A stretch of DNA of 64,000 bases from Parvibaculum sp. (GTDB taxonomy: Bacteria; Pseudomonadota; Alphaproteobacteria; Parvibaculales; Parvibaculaceae): assembly GCA_040216885.1 (NCBI GenBank), contig JAVJOG010000008.1, positions 64,361 to 128,360 of the forward strand, in the 5' to 3' direction. The first letter of the stretch is position 1. Every line of letters starts with the position of its first letter. A program made the position numbers and the translations under genes. Positions 1 through 10,415 of this stretch are shown one piece after another. The notes under the pieces were generated by a model. The model had not been told where the DNA came from. It saw only the letters and a program-made list of their open reading frames with translations, and ran no database searches.

Positions 1-515
1 CTGTCCATCAGCCAGGCCAGATGCGTTTCTTCGGTGACCAGACGATATTCGTCGTCGCCGAGGCGGAACAGCAGACCGTCGCCGAGCACCAGCCCGTGCT
101 CCTCGCAAAAATGCACATGCAGCGCGCTATCGACGGCGAACGCGCCGAGATCGCGCGTGACGAGGCGGTCGAGATAGACATGAGCGTCGCGCCCGGCGAT
201 GCGATATTTCGCCAGCGGCGAGATGTCGGCGAGCGTCGCCGCGCCGCGAAGAGCGCGGTATTCGTCGTCGAGATCGGTGAGCACCGAGGCGACCGTGAAG
301 CCGTTCCAGCGCGTCCAGCGATTGACGCGGCTCTCGGCGGCGACCGCGAGGTGCAAGGGCGTCGTCAGCACCGTGCGCGCGAAAGGCGGCTCGCCGGCGG
401 GCGGCTCGAACAAAGCCGGGTCGACGGATGCGTGCTCGTCCATCGGATCGATGCCGGACCGCAGCGGGCCGGCTTCGTCGTCGCGCAGGGGCGGCGCCAT
501 CGTGTCCGGTGTCAT
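1..515 (-). CDS. Aminomethyltransferase (GcvT-like) family protein, 5' part (runs off window)
   Basis: Manual translation from ATG at 515, overlapping the upstream stop: ...TPLHLAVAAESRVNRWTRWNGFTVASVLTDLDDEYRALRGAATLADISPLAKYRIAGRDA..LDRLVTRDL, a typical GcvT N-terminal pattern. Not in the ORF track because it is truncated. Confidence 0.8.
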   Translation of the reverse strand, partial: MTPDTMAPPLRDDEAGPLRSGIDPMDEHASVDPALFEPPAGEPPFARTVLTTPLHLAVAAESRVNRWTRWNGFTVASVLTDLDDEYRALRGAATLADISPLAKYRIAGRDAHVYLDRLVTRDLGAFAVDSALHVHFCEEHGLVLGDGLLFRLGDDEYRLVTEETHLAWLMD

Positions 516-2053
516 CGGTGCCCCCTTTCCGCGGCGAAGGCTTCGGCCATGTCGCGACCGGCAAGTCCGGTGACGCTTTCGGCCGGGTGACGACCGGGGC
601 CGCAGAGCCAGAGGCCGGAGACCGGCGTCGCCGGCCCGCGGGGACCGGCAAGATCGGCCGCGCGGATGCCGCCGCGATACCAGTCGCCGCCGGGTAGTCC
701 GAACCTCGTTTCGATGTCGGGCGGCGTCAGCACGTCGCCGGCGATCAGGCGGTCCGGGAAATCCGGCGCATACTGCGCGATGGTTTTTATCACGCGCTGC
801 ATGAATTCGTCGCGCCGCGCCGGCCAGCCGCCTTCGAGGTCGTGCGGCATGAAGGGCACCAGCACCGACACTACATGATGACCGGCGGGCGCCAGCGCCG
901 GATCGACGGCGCTGGGGATGGTGATTTCCATGACCGGTTCGGAGCTGAGTTCGCGCTGGCCGAAGTCGGTCGCCGCATGGTCGACCACGTCAAGCGACGG
1001 AGCAACGAGCAGCCGGGCGCCGCACAAGGCGGGCGCAAGACCGCGAAAGTCGGGCAAGCCGTCGAGCGCCAGATTGACCTTCGCGACGCTGCCGGAACGC
1101 GATGTGCGGTCAAGACGGCGCGCCTCTTCGGTTTCGAGATGCGCGGCGCCGAGAAGCCCGAGCATGGTGAGGCGAGGGTCCACGCTCGAGACGACCAGCG
1201 GCGCGGCGATCGCGACACCGTCCGACGTTTCGACCCCGGCGATAGCACCATCCTCGACGAGCAGACGCATGACACGCGCGCCGGTGCGGATTTCGCCGCG
1301 CTGCGCGGCAACGGCTGCCGCCAGCGCATCGGTCAGCGCGCCGAGGCCGCCGAGCGGAATGGAAAGCCCGCGACCGAGGCCGCGCATCGCCATGCGATGC
1401 AGAAGACGCAGCACGGTGCCGGGCGCGTAAGGCCCGTCGGCGCCGCCCAGCACCGCGTCGAGGGCGAGCGCGCCCTTCAGCAACGGGCATTCGAATTCGG
1501 CATCCAGCAGATCACCGATGGATTGCGGCAGCAGATGCAGCAGGTCGCCCAGCCTGTCGGCGCGGTTCCATCCGGCACGCCAGACGAGGCGCCGCAGGTT
1601 GGACGCGTCCGGCACCGCGTCGGCAAGCAACAACGGCGCGAGCAATGCGGCATGGGCCTTCATGCGCTTGTCGAAGGCGCGCCAGGCGGCGGCATCCCTG
1701 GGCTGGGTGGCGGCAAGTGCCGCGATGTCCTTGCGGTTGCGCGGCACGATGAAGTGTTTGCCGTCGCGATCGAGCGCCACGGTCGGGATGTCGCGCGCCG
1801 CCATGCGCAGACCATGCTTCGCGAGCTTCAGATCGCGTTCGACGCCGCGCGGCAGCGCTTCAACGAGATGTGCAACGGTCGAGACGCTGTAATCGGGCAT
1901 GATTTCGCCGGTGACGGCGACGCCGCCGAGCGTCGCGCTTTCCTCCAGCACCAGAACGCGCTGATGCGCGCGGCCGAGATAGGCCGCGGCGGCGAGACCG
2001 TTCAGGTCTCCGCCGATCACGATCGCATCGTATTTGCGGCCGCCCCATGCCAT
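512..2053 (-). CDS. Phytoene dehydrogenase-like (COG1233) FAD-dependent oxidoreductase
   Basis: N-terminal dinucleotide motif YDAIVIGGDLNGLAAA; C-terminal LTPPDIE..FGLPGG and GLWLCG motifs. Confidence 0.85.
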   Translation of the reverse strand: MAWGGRKYDAIVIGGDLNGLAAAAYLGRAHQRVLVLEESATLGGVAVTGEIMPDYSVSTVAHLVEALPRGVERDLKLAKHGLRMAARDIPTVALDRDGKHFIVPRNRKDIAALAATQPRDAAAWRAFDKRMKAHAALLAPLLLADAVPDASNLRRLVWRAGWNRADRLGDLLHLLPQSIGDLLDAEFECPLLKGALALDAVLGGADGPYAPGTVLRLLHRMAMRGLGRGLSIPLGGLGALTDALAAAVAAQRGEIRTGARVMRLLVEDGAIAGVETSDGVAIAAPLVVSSVDPRLTMLGLLGAAHLETEEARRLDRTSRSGSVAKVNLALDGLPDFRGLAPALCGARLLVAPSLDVVDHAATDFGQRELSSEPVMEITIPSAVDPALAPAGHHVVSVLVPFMPHDLEGGWPARRDEFMQRVIKTIAQYAPDFPDRLIAGDVLTPPDIETRFGLPGGDWYRGGIRAADLAGPRGPATPVSGLWLCGPGRHPAESVTGLAGRDMAEAFAAERGHR

Positions 2054-2058
2054 ACGCG

Positions 2059-3657
2059 CTACCCTCGCTTCCGGTGAAGCGCGAGAACGCGCGCGGCGGC
2101 GTTGACGCCGGCCTGGCCCGGCAGCAACGGACCGGGATGGGCGCTCGGCGAGCAGACATGGAAATTCTCGAGTTCGGTGTCATAGCCTCCGGTGCCGGGC
2201 AGCGGGCGATTGACGAACATCTGGTCGAGCGTCGTTTCGCCATGCGCGATGTCGCCCGCCGTCAGACCGATTTCGTCCTCAAGATCGGCAGCGAGCAGCA
2301 CCTCGCGCGCGACGATGCGGCTGGCGATGCCGGGGCTTGCGACCTCAAGCCGTGCGACGACAAGATTGCCGAGCGCTTCGCGCCGCTCTTCATTCCACGG
2401 ACCGTCATGCAATGCTTCCGGCACGTACTGAACCAGTGCCGAAAGCACATGGCAGCCGGCAGGCGCCAGCGTCGCGTCGGAGAGCGAGGGGATCAGCACT
2501 TCGATCGGCGGATTGCGCGGCGGCATGTGAGCGCGCCAGTCGTCGAAGGCGCGCTGCATCTCGCCGATGGAACCTGCCAGCCGTAAGCCACCGGCAATCG
2601 ACGGGCAGCCTTCAGGGAGGCCTGGAAAGACCGGCGCGGCATCGAGTGCCAGATTGACCTTGGCCGTCGCGCCTTTCATGCGGAAACGGCCGACGCGGCT
2701 GACGAGACCGTCCGGCAGATCCTTCCATTGAAAGAGGCTGAGGAAGCTGCGCTTCAGATCGAGACCGGAGAGAACGACACCGGCGCCGATCTCTTCGCCA
2801 TTGGCGAGCACGACGCCGCGCACCTTGAGGTCGCGCATCGCGACGTCGGTGACTTCGGCGTCCATGCGCAGGCGGCCGCCATGCGCTTCGATGACGGCGA
2901 CGAGTGCCGATGTCAGCGCGGCCGGGCCGCCATGCGGCAACAGAATGTCGGGCGCGCCGCCATAGGCGTCGCCGCGGGCCGCGAGCCAGGGCGTTGCGAG
3001 CCTGCCGGCGCTCGCGGGCGACAACGGGCCCAGTGTGCCGCCCATCATCGCGGCGGCGGCGAGATGCGCCTTCACGTTATCGGATTCGAAATAGCCGTCC
3101 AGAAAGTCCGCGGCCGGAAGCGCCCACAGGCGCAAGGCTTCGCGCCGCTCGTCCGCGCCGATGGCGGCGGCCTGGCCGGCAAGGCCGAGCCGCGCCCGCA
3201 AGGCCGAGAGGCCGCGGGCCACCGGGAATTCGGCCCCGCCTTCGAGGAGCGGCGTCAATGCGCGGGCCGCGCGCAGCATGTCGCGGCGATACCGCGTCCA
3301 TGCGTCGGCGTCGCGGCGCGAGAAACGCGCGAGTTCGCGGCGGTGGACGTCGCCGTCGCGGTAGCTCGCATGGTAGCAGCCGTCGGGAAAGATCGTGACA
3401 CCGCCCTCGGCGCGGATGAAGCGCAGGCCGTGACGGGCAAGATCGAGGTCGGCGACGAGACGCGCCGGCAAACCGCCGGCACCCAGCACGTAACGCGGCA
3501 CGCGGAAGCCCTGCGCGATTTCATGCGACGCAGACAAGCCGCCCGGCGCCGCGTTGCGGTCGAGCACCAGAACGCCGAGACCGGCGCGCGCCAGACTGGC
3601 CGCGGCTGTCAGACCGTTGAGGCCGGCGCCTATGACGATCGCATCGTGACGCTCCAT
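2059..3657 (-). CDS. Phytoene dehydrogenase-like (COG1233) FAD-dependent oxidoreductase, second copy
   Basis: HDAIVIGAGLNGLTAA Rossmann motif; GDIAHGE..LDQMF..RP and AHPG C-terminal motifs. Confidence 0.85.
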   Translation of the reverse strand: MERHDAIVIGAGLNGLTAAASLARAGLGVLVLDRNAAPGGLSASHEIAQGFRVPRYVLGAGGLPARLVADLDLARHGLRFIRAEGGVTIFPDGCYHASYRDGDVHRRELARFSRRDADAWTRYRRDMLRAARALTPLLEGGAEFPVARGLSALRARLGLAGQAAAIGADERREALRLWALPAADFLDGYFESDNVKAHLAAAAMMGGTLGPLSPASAGRLATPWLAARGDAYGGAPDILLPHGGPAALTSALVAVIEAHGGRLRMDAEVTDVAMRDLKVRGVVLANGEEIGAGVVLSGLDLKRSFLSLFQWKDLPDGLVSRVGRFRMKGATAKVNLALDAAPVFPGLPEGCPSIAGGLRLAGSIGEMQRAFDDWRAHMPPRNPPIEVLIPSLSDATLAPAGCHVLSALVQYVPEALHDGPWNEERREALGNLVVARLEVASPGIASRIVAREVLLAADLEDEIGLTAGDIAHGETTLDQMFVNRPLPGTGGYDTELENFHVCSPSAHPGPLLPGQAGVNAAARVLALHRKRG

Positions 3658-3872
3658 GCGCCGTTACTCCACATGCGCTCCGTCCGCCTCGGTTTCTACC
3701 TACCCGAAACGTGCCGTATTGACACGCTTCGATGACGGAGGGTTCCCGGCAGCGCACGATGCCGCCGGGCGATTAACCATGTATGTCCGGGATTTCCTTG
3801 TCTTCGGCGCGCAAACCCGAAGCAGGGTTAACGTGCCGCTCGTCCCGGCCAGCATGGCTGCGCTGCAAGGAA

Positions 3873-6815
3873 TCAGCCAGCCGGGGCGCCCGCCGCCGCG
3901 ACGACGATAGCACTGAACGCGCCGCGCACATGTGCCTGACTTTCCAGAAGTTCGGCCTCGAGCGCGGCGAAATCGGGCGCGTTGCCGGCACGCGCCAGCA
4001 AGGATTTGAGACCGATCGTCGCCTCCGCCGGATTAAAGACGCCTTCGACGCAGATGCGGATGACCTGTGTCAGGTTGAGGTTGAGCTCGACGGCGGCGAC
4101 CAGCATGTCGGCGGTGTCGGAGGGCAAAAGTCCCGCCGCCGCGATACGCGACAGCGATGTGCGCGTATGGGGGTGCAGGATATCCGGATGATCGCGACCA
4201 TGCACGAGCTGGAGGTACTGGCAGATGAATTCAATATCGACGAGGCCGCCGCGCACATGCTTCAGCTCCCACGGATCGGCGCTGATGCGTTCCTTTTCGA
4301 TGCGGGCGCGCATGTCGGCGACGTCGGCGGCGATCTTCGTCTTGTCGCGCGGGCGGCGTAGCGTTTCACCGATCGCAGTCGATATTTTTTCGCGCAGCTC
4401 GTCGGGCCCCGAAAGCGGACGGGCGCGCGTCAGCGCCATGTGCTCCCAGGTCCAGGCCTCCTCTTGCTGGTAGGTCGCGAAGCTGTCGAAACCCGTCGCG
4501 ATGGGGCCGGCATTGCCCGAAGGGCGCAGCCGCATGTCGACTTCGTATAGCTTGCCTTCAGCGGTCGGTGCCGTCAGCGCGCCGATCAATTGCTGGCAGA
4601 CGCGAGCGTAGTATTGCGCCGCGTAGAGCGGCCGTTCGCCGTCCGACATCGCATCGGGATCGTCGAGATCGTAGATCACGATAAGGTCGAGATCGGAACT
4701 TGCGCTCATCTCCTCGCTGCCGAGTTTGCCCATCGCGACGACCGCGAAGCGTCCGCCCGGCATTTTTCCGTGCTTTTCGCCGACCCGGCGTTCGGCAACC
4801 GGCGCCAGCGCGGCGACAAGTTCGGCGGCGAGAGCGGCATAAGCCGGACCTGCCTCCTCGGCGTCGGCGCTGCCGGTCAGCACACGCACACCGAGACGGA
4901 AGCGATACTCGCGTGCCCAGACGCGGACGAAATCGAGCGTATCCTGATAATCGGCGGCGTGAACCAGCGTACCTTCGAGGCTGCGATGCAGGTCTTCGGG
5001 ATCGGGCAGCACCTTGAAGAAATTCGGATCGACCACCGCTTCGAGCACGCGCGGGTTCTGACTCAGATAGCGTGCGAGGCGGGGCGCCGTTCCGCAGATG
5101 CCGGCAAGCAGGTCGAGCAGGCTCGGATTTGAATAGAGCATCGAGAAGAGCTGCACACCCGCGGGCAGGCCGGTGAGAAAGCGGTCGAAGCGCGCGAAGG
5201 CCGTATCGGGGCTCGATGTCCGCGAGAGCGCGCGCAGCAGCGCCGGCATCAGGCTTGTCAGCAATTCGCGCGAACGCGGCGTGCGCGTGGCGGGAAACCG
5301 GCCGGTGTGCCAACCGCGAATGGCTTCCGACATTTCCGAGACTTTCTCGAAGCCGAGGCCGCGCAGCGTTTCGAGGGTCTCGGGGTCGTCTTCCGTTCCG
5401 GTGAAAACGAGACTGCCGCCCTCCTCGCCCAGCGGCGGCGCCGTCTCGAACAGCTTCGCATAATGGCCCTGCACGCATTGGAGCTGCTTCGTCAACGCTT
5501 CCGAAAACGCGGCGCGACCGTCGAAGCCCATAAAACAGGCGACGTGATCGAGGCCCTCGTCGCTTTTCGGCAGCGCATGGGTCTGTTCGTCGTCGATCAT
5601 CTGCAGACGGTGTTCGAGCGTGCGCAGAAAACGATAGGCGTTCTTCAGCTCGGCGGCCGCCTCCGGCGCAATCCATTTCTTGCGGGCAAGCTCGTCGAGC
5701 ATCAGGCAAGTTTGCTTGCCGCGTAGATCATGGTCGCGGCCACCGGCGATCAATTGTTGCGTCTGGACGAAAAATTCGATTTCGCGGATGCCGCCGCGGC
5801 CGAGCTTGATGTTGTGTCCGGCGACGGCGACGATGCCGTGCCCGCCGACCGCGTGGATCTGCCGCTTCATCGAGTGAATGTCGTCGATGGCCGCGTAGTC
5901 GAGGTTCTTGCGCCAGATATAGGGCGTCAGCATTTTCAGGAAACGCTCTCCCGCCGCGATGTCGCCCGCGACGGCACGCGCCTTGATGAAGGCCGCGCGC
6001 TCCCAGTTCTGACCGCGGCTTTCGTAGTAGCTCTCGGCGGCGGGCAGCGACACGGCGACCGGCGTGCCGCCGGGATCGGGGCGCAAGCGCAGGTCGGTGC
6101 GGAAAACGTAGCCGTCTTCGGTGCGTTCCTGCATCAGCTTGACCAGATCTTTCGTCAGGCGGACGAAGAAATCACTGTCGTCGAGACCGGGTTTGAGCGG
6201 AAGCTGGCCGGGCTCGTAGAAAACGACGAGGTCGATATCGCTCGAATAGTTGAGTTCGCGCGAACCGTATTTTCCCATGCCGAGAATGGCGAGGCCAGAG
6301 CCACGGGCCGACATTTCCTCGGGCGCGCGCGCGACCTGTCCGCGCTTCGCCGCGTTGACGAGCAGCCAGTCGATGCCGGCATTGACGGCCGCGTCGGCGA
6401 AGGACGTCAGCGCATCGGTTACCTCGTCGAGTTGCCAGGCACCGCAGAGATCGGCCATCGCGATCAGCAATGCCGCCTCCGCCTTGGTATCGCGCAAGGC
6501 GGCCATGATGGCGGCCTGCGTGTCGCAGGCGGTGGCGGCACGGACGCGGCCGATCACATCGTCCAGCGCCGCCCCGGGCGTACTGGCGAGCAAGCGCGGC
6601 AGCCATTCGGGGTGACGGCGCAGAATGCGCGTCAGGTAGGGCGAGTTGCCGTGGATCGAGGCCAGCAGGTGGCGGACCTCCTTGTTGCCGAGAAGCGGCG
6701 CGGCGGCCGACGCTTCGAGGTCTTCGATTTCGCGCGCGACGCGGGACCTGTCATACGGCGGCGGCGCCTTGTCCACCCATTCGCGCAGCGTCTTCGCGCC
6801 GCTTGCCGTTGTCAC
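3873..6815 (-). CDS. glnE: Bifunctional glutamine synthetase adenylyltransferase/deadenylyltransferase
   Basis: 980 aa; two nucleotidyltransferase motifs (MGKYGSRELNYSSDIDL and MGKLGSEEMSASSDLDL), DLRLRPDP, KLGRGGIREIEF. Confidence 0.96.
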   Translation of the reverse strand: MTTASGAKTLREWVDKAPPPYDRSRVAREIEDLEASAAAPLLGNKEVRHLLASIHGNSPYLTRILRRHPEWLPRLLASTPGAALDDVIGRVRAATACDTQAAIMAALRDTKAEAALLIAMADLCGAWQLDEVTDALTSFADAAVNAGIDWLLVNAAKRGQVARAPEEMSARGSGLAILGMGKYGSRELNYSSDIDLVVFYEPGQLPLKPGLDDSDFFVRLTKDLVKLMQERTEDGYVFRTDLRLRPDPGGTPVAVSLPAAESYYESRGQNWERAAFIKARAVAGDIAAGERFLKMLTPYIWRKNLDYAAIDDIHSMKRQIHAVGGHGIVAVAGHNIKLGRGGIREIEFFVQTQQLIAGGRDHDLRGKQTCLMLDELARKKWIAPEAAAELKNAYRFLRTLEHRLQMIDDEQTHALPKSDEGLDHVACFMGFDGRAAFSEALTKQLQCVQGHYAKLFETAPPLGEEGGSLVFTGTEDDPETLETLRGLGFEKVSEMSEAIRGWHTGRFPATRTPRSRELLTSLMPALLRALSRTSSPDTAFARFDRFLTGLPAGVQLFSMLYSNPSLLDLLAGICGTAPRLARYLSQNPRVLEAVVDPNFFKVLPDPEDLHRSLEGTLVHAADYQDTLDFVRVWAREYRFRLGVRVLTGSADAEEAGPAYAALAAELVAALAPVAERRVGEKHGKMPGGRFAVVAMGKLGSEEMSASSDLDLIVIYDLDDPDAMSDGERPLYAAQYYARVCQQLIGALTAPTAEGKLYEVDMRLRPSGNAGPIATGFDSFATYQQEEAWTWEHMALTRARPLSGPDELREKISTAIGETLRRPRDKTKIAADVADMRARIEKERISADPWELKHVRGGLVDIEFICQYLQLVHGRDHPDILHPHTRTSLSRIAAAGLLPSDTADMLVAAVELNLNLTQVIRICVEGVFNPAEATIGLKSLLARAGNAPDFAALEAELLESQAHVRGAFSAIVVAAAGAPAG

Positions 6816-6838
6816 TTGTCGTTTCCTCTATCCTGTCG

Positions 6839-8239
6839 TCAGCGACCCAAGACCGGAAGGTGCAGGTTGACCTTGAGGCCGGGATGGTTGTCTTCCAGTT
6901 CGATCTGGCCGCCATGCAGCCGCACCACAGCGGCAACAAGACTGAGGCCGAGACCCGAACCCGGTGTGTTGCGGCTCGCCTCGAGGCGGACGAAGCGCTC
7001 GAGAACATGGTGCCGCTCGCCGGCCGGAATGCCAATGCCGCGATCGGCGACGGCGAGAACCACGCCACGGCCCGGACGCGCCGGATCGGGCGCCGCGGAC
7101 ACCGTGATGATGCGTTCGGCCTCGCCGGCCGGCGGAAGGCCATGCTTCAGAGCGTTGTCGATCAGGTTGGCGGTCGCCTGCGAAAGCAGCTCGCGGTTGC
7201 CGCGAATCTGCAAGCCTTCCTGCACATCGACATGCAGCTTCAAGCCGCTCTCTTCCGCAACCGGCTCGTAGAGTTCGGCCGCATCCATGACGATAGGGGC
7301 GAGGTCGACCACCGTCATCGCTTCGCGCAGCGAGCCGGCCTCGGCGCGCGCGATCATCAGCAGCGCATTGAATGTGCCGAGCAGATTGTCGGCCTCGGCA
7401 ATGGTTTGCTCAAGCGCATGGCGATAGTCGGCCGGCGAGGCTTCCTGCATCAGCGTCACTTCGAGCCGGTTGCGCAGGCGGTTGAGCGGACTGCGGAGAT
7501 CGTGGGCGATGTTGTCGGTGACCTGCCGCATGCCGGTCATCAACGCCTCGATCTGATCGAGCATCGCGTTGAGGTTGCGGCCAAGCTGGTCGAGCTCATC
7601 GCCGGTGCCAACAATCGGCAGGCGCTGCGAAAGGTCGCCATCCATGATATCGCGGCTCGACCTGTTGATGTCGTCGACGCGAGCCAGCATGTTGCGGCTC
7701 ATGAAGAGACCGCCCGCGAGGCCGAGCGCCACGGTCATGCCGATGGCCCAGATCAACGCATTGGTGATGAGGCTTTCGATCTCGCGGCGCTCCTGCACGT
7801 CGCGGCCGACCAGCAGGTAATATCCGTCGGGCAGATAGAAGGCTCGGGCGCGAGCCGCCTTCACCTCCGTACCGTCGAGCGTCTTGCGGTTGTAATCGAA
7901 ATCGAACCAGCCGTCGGCGCCAACCTCGATGGCGGGGCGCGCATCCAGCGTACCGGCGAGAACGCGGCCGGCGGGATCGAGCACCAGATAGAGGCTCTGG
8001 CCGGGGTCGCGCGAACGCTGGATCACCGTATGAACCAGCAGCGGCAGCCCACCCTGCCGGTATTGCTCGGCAAGGCCGGTGATCTCGGCTTCCACCGCCT
8101 CGTCGGTCTGGCGAGCAAGGAAGCCGGCGGTGTTCCAATAGACATAGGCCAGAAGCGTGATCGCCGAAGCGGCGAACAACGCCAGATAGATGACCGCGAG
8201 CCGAAAGGTCGAGGTCTTGAGGAGATTAGTCAGCGGCAC
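6839..8239 (-). CDS. HAMP-domain sensor histidine kinase
   Basis: Two TM segments, HAMP (GDELDQL), H-box IAHDLRSPL, N-box NLIDNALKH, G2 GSGLGL. Confidence 0.93.
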   Translation of the reverse strand: MPLTNLLKTSTFRLAVIYLALFAASAITLLAYVYWNTAGFLARQTDEAVEAEITGLAEQYRQGGLPLLVHTVIQRSRDPGQSLYLVLDPAGRVLAGTLDARPAIEVGADGWFDFDYNRKTLDGTEVKAARARAFYLPDGYYLLVGRDVQERREIESLITNALIWAIGMTVALGLAGGLFMSRNMLARVDDINRSSRDIMDGDLSQRLPIVGTGDELDQLGRNLNAMLDQIEALMTGMRQVTDNIAHDLRSPLNRLRNRLEVTLMQEASPADYRHALEQTIAEADNLLGTFNALLMIARAEAGSLREAMTVVDLAPIVMDAAELYEPVAEESGLKLHVDVQEGLQIRGNRELLSQATANLIDNALKHGLPPAGEAERIITVSAAPDPARPGRGVVLAVADRGIGIPAGERHHVLERFVRLEASRNTPGSGLGLSLVAAVVRLHGGQIELEDNHPGLKVNLHLPVLGR

Positions 8240-8903
8240 GTAGCGAGTATCCGGCTCCCCGAACGGTATGCAAGAGCGGCTGTTCGAAATTCTTGTCGAT
8301 CTTGGCTCTCAACCGCGAGATATGCACATCGATCACGTTGGTTTGCGGATCGAAATGATACTCCCAGACGTTCTCCAGCAACATGGTCCGCGTGACGACC
8401 TGGCCGGCATGCTTCATCAGATATTCGAGCAGGCGGAATTCGCGCGGCTGGAGGTCGATTTCGGTGCCCTCGCGGACGACCTTGCGGGCCAGCATGTCAA
8501 TCTCGAGATTGCCCACCTGGAGGCGGGTTCGGACCTGATCCGGGTTTGACCGGCGCACCAGCACTTCGATGCGGGCCAGAAGTTCGGCGAAAGCATAGGG
8601 CTTGGTCAGGTAGTCGTCACCGCCGGCCTTGAGACCCTTGATACGGTCGTCGACCTCGCCGAGCGCGGAGAGGAAGAGTACCGGCGTGCGGACGGCCTCC
8701 TCGCGCAGCGTCTCGACGACGCTCAACCCGTCGCGCTTGGGCAGCATGCGGTCGACGATCATCACGTCGAAGGTGCTGGAGAAGGCCAGCATCAGGCCCT
8801 CCTCGCCGTCCGCCGCATGGTCGACGATGTGCCCGCTTTCGCGCAGACCCTTCACGACATAGGCGGCGGCTTCCAGATCGTCCTCGATCACCAGAATGCG
8901 CAT
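8226..8903 (-). CDS. OmpR-family response regulator
   Basis: MRILVIEDD receiver domain, DDYLTKPY, wHTH NVIDVHISRLRAKID..TVRGAGY. Confidence 0.95.
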   Translation of the reverse strand: MRILVIEDDLEAAAYVVKGLRESGHIVDHAADGEEGLMLAFSSTFDVMIVDRMLPKRDGLSVVETLREEAVRTPVLFLSALGEVDDRIKGLKAGGDDYLTKPYAFAELLARIEVLVRRSNPDQVRTRLQVGNLEIDMLARKVVREGTEIDLQPREFRLLEYLMKHAGQVVTRTMLLENVWEYHFDPQTNVIDVHISRLRAKIDKNFEQPLLHTVRGAGYSLRAAD

Positions 8904-8951
8904 CGTTCGATCAAACTCCCGGCTCGCGACGGCGGCGGATAGGTCCGGCGC

Positions 8952-10415
8952 CTACGACTTGCTGAGCGACAGCGCGACGAAACGCTGCTGTTCCTCGCTG
9001 CGCAGAAGCAGCAGCACCGAGCTCTTGTCGGCCTTGCTCGCTTCTTCGACGCCCGCCACCACATCGTCGGGCTTTTTCACGTCCTTGCCGGAGACCTTCA
9101 CGATCACGTCGCCGGGACGTATGCCCTTTTCGGCCGCGTCGCTCGCGGGATCGACGCTCTGCACCACGACGCCGTCGGGCGTCTGCGTCAGCGCGAGGCC
9201 GAGGCTCTTCGTGGCCGCGGCGGCCGGCGCTTCGCCCGGCTCCACGGCCGCGACATCGACCGTGTCGGGGAACGTGCCGATGTTCGCCGTCAGCGTGCGG
9301 CGCTTGCCGTCGCGCCAGACGACGAGCTTCGAGCGCGTGTCGGGCTTCAGTTCGGCAACGGTGCGGCTCACCGCGCGCACGTCTTCCATGTCCTTGCCGT
9401 CGACATTCAGAATGACGTCACCGATCTTGACGCCGGCCTTTTTCGCCGGGCTGTCTTCGGCGACCTGCGCCACAAGCGCGCCTTGCGGCTTGTCGAGCGC
9501 GAGGGAGGACGCCATTTCGGGGTCGACCTGCTGGATCGTGACGCCGAGCCAGCCGCGCGTCACCCGGCCGCTCTCCTTGAGGTCGGCGATGACCCTGGAG
9601 GCGATCGATGAGGGAATGGCGAAGCCGATGCCGACGCTGCCGCCGCTCGGCGAGAAGATCGCCGTGTTGACGCCGATCACGTTGCCACGCACGTCGAAGG
9701 TCGGGCCGCCGGAATTGCCACGGTTGATCGAGGCATCGATCTGGATGAAATCGTCATAGGGACCGGCGCCGATTTCGCGGCCGCGCGCCGAAACGATGCC
9801 GGTCGTCACCGTGCCGCCGAGGCCGAAAGGATTGCCAACCGCCAGCACCCAGTCGCCGACGCGCACCGTGTCGGAGTTGCCGAAGGCGACATAAGGCAGA
9901 TCGGCTTTGCTTTCGATCTTGACCAGCGCCAGATCGGTCTTCGGATCGCGGCCGACGAGCTTTGCCGGTATTTCCGTGCCGTCGTCGCGAACCACCGTGA
10001 TGTCCTTGCCGTCGCCGACGACATGATTGTTGGTGACGATGTAACCGTCGGCCGAAATGATGAAACCGGAACCCAGCGCCGTCGCCTGACGGCCGCGCGG
10101 GGCGCCGCCCGGGTCCTGCGGCTGCAAGTCGCGGAAGAAACGTTCGAAGGGGCTGCCGGGCGGGAATGGCAGGTCGGGTGTGCCGGCCGGCGCGCGAACG
10201 GCGCGCTCCTCGGCGACGCGAATGCTGACCACGGCGGGGCTCACCTTCTCCACCAGATCGGCGAAGCTCGGCAGGCGCTCAAGCGCGGCGGTGGCGGGCG
10301 CGGCCGATCTTGTGTCGAGCGGCTGGGCCTGAACGCCCGGCGCGACCAGCGCCAGCGCCAGCGCCAGCGCGCCGCAAGCCATGGAAACGAAGTACTTCTT
10401 TCCGCCGGTCGTCAT
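8952..10415 (-). CDS. degP: DegP/HtrA (Do family) periplasmic serine protease
   Basis: Signal peptide, TNNHV, DLAL, GNSGG catalytic triad motifs and two PDZ domains; start chosen after CAGGAG RBS. Confidence 0.92.
   Translation of the reverse strand: MTTGGKKYFVSMACGALALALALVAPGVQAQPLDTRSAAPATAALERLPSFADLVEKVSPAVVSIRVAEERAVRAPAGTPDLPFPPGSPFERFFRDLQPQDPGGAPRGRQATALGSGFIISADGYIVTNNHVVGDGKDITVVRDDGTEIPAKLVGRDPKTDLALVKIESKADLPYVAFGNSDTVRVGDWVLAVGNPFGLGGTVTTGIVSARGREIGAGPYDDFIQIDASINRGNSGGPTFDVRGNVIGVNTAIFSPSGGSVGIGFAIPSSIASRVIADLKESGRVTRGWLGVTIQQVDPEMASSLALDKPQGALVAQVAEDSPAKKAGVKIGDVILNVDGKDMEDVRAVSRTVAELKPDTRSKLVVWRDGKRRTLTANIGTFPDTVDVAAVEPGEAPAAAATKSLGLALTQTPDGVVVQSVDPASDAAEKGIRPGDVIVKVSGKDVKKPDDVVAGVEEASKADKSSVLLLLRSEEQQRFVALSLSKS

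Noticed and set aside
512-3657. Carotenoid desaturase (crtI) call
   Set aside because: No crt context; linked to a GcvT-like gene instead
3773-3835. CtrA half-sites TTAACCAT and GTTAAC upstream of the oxidoreductase operon
   Set aside because: No full TTAA-N7-TTAA; too short to distinguish from chance
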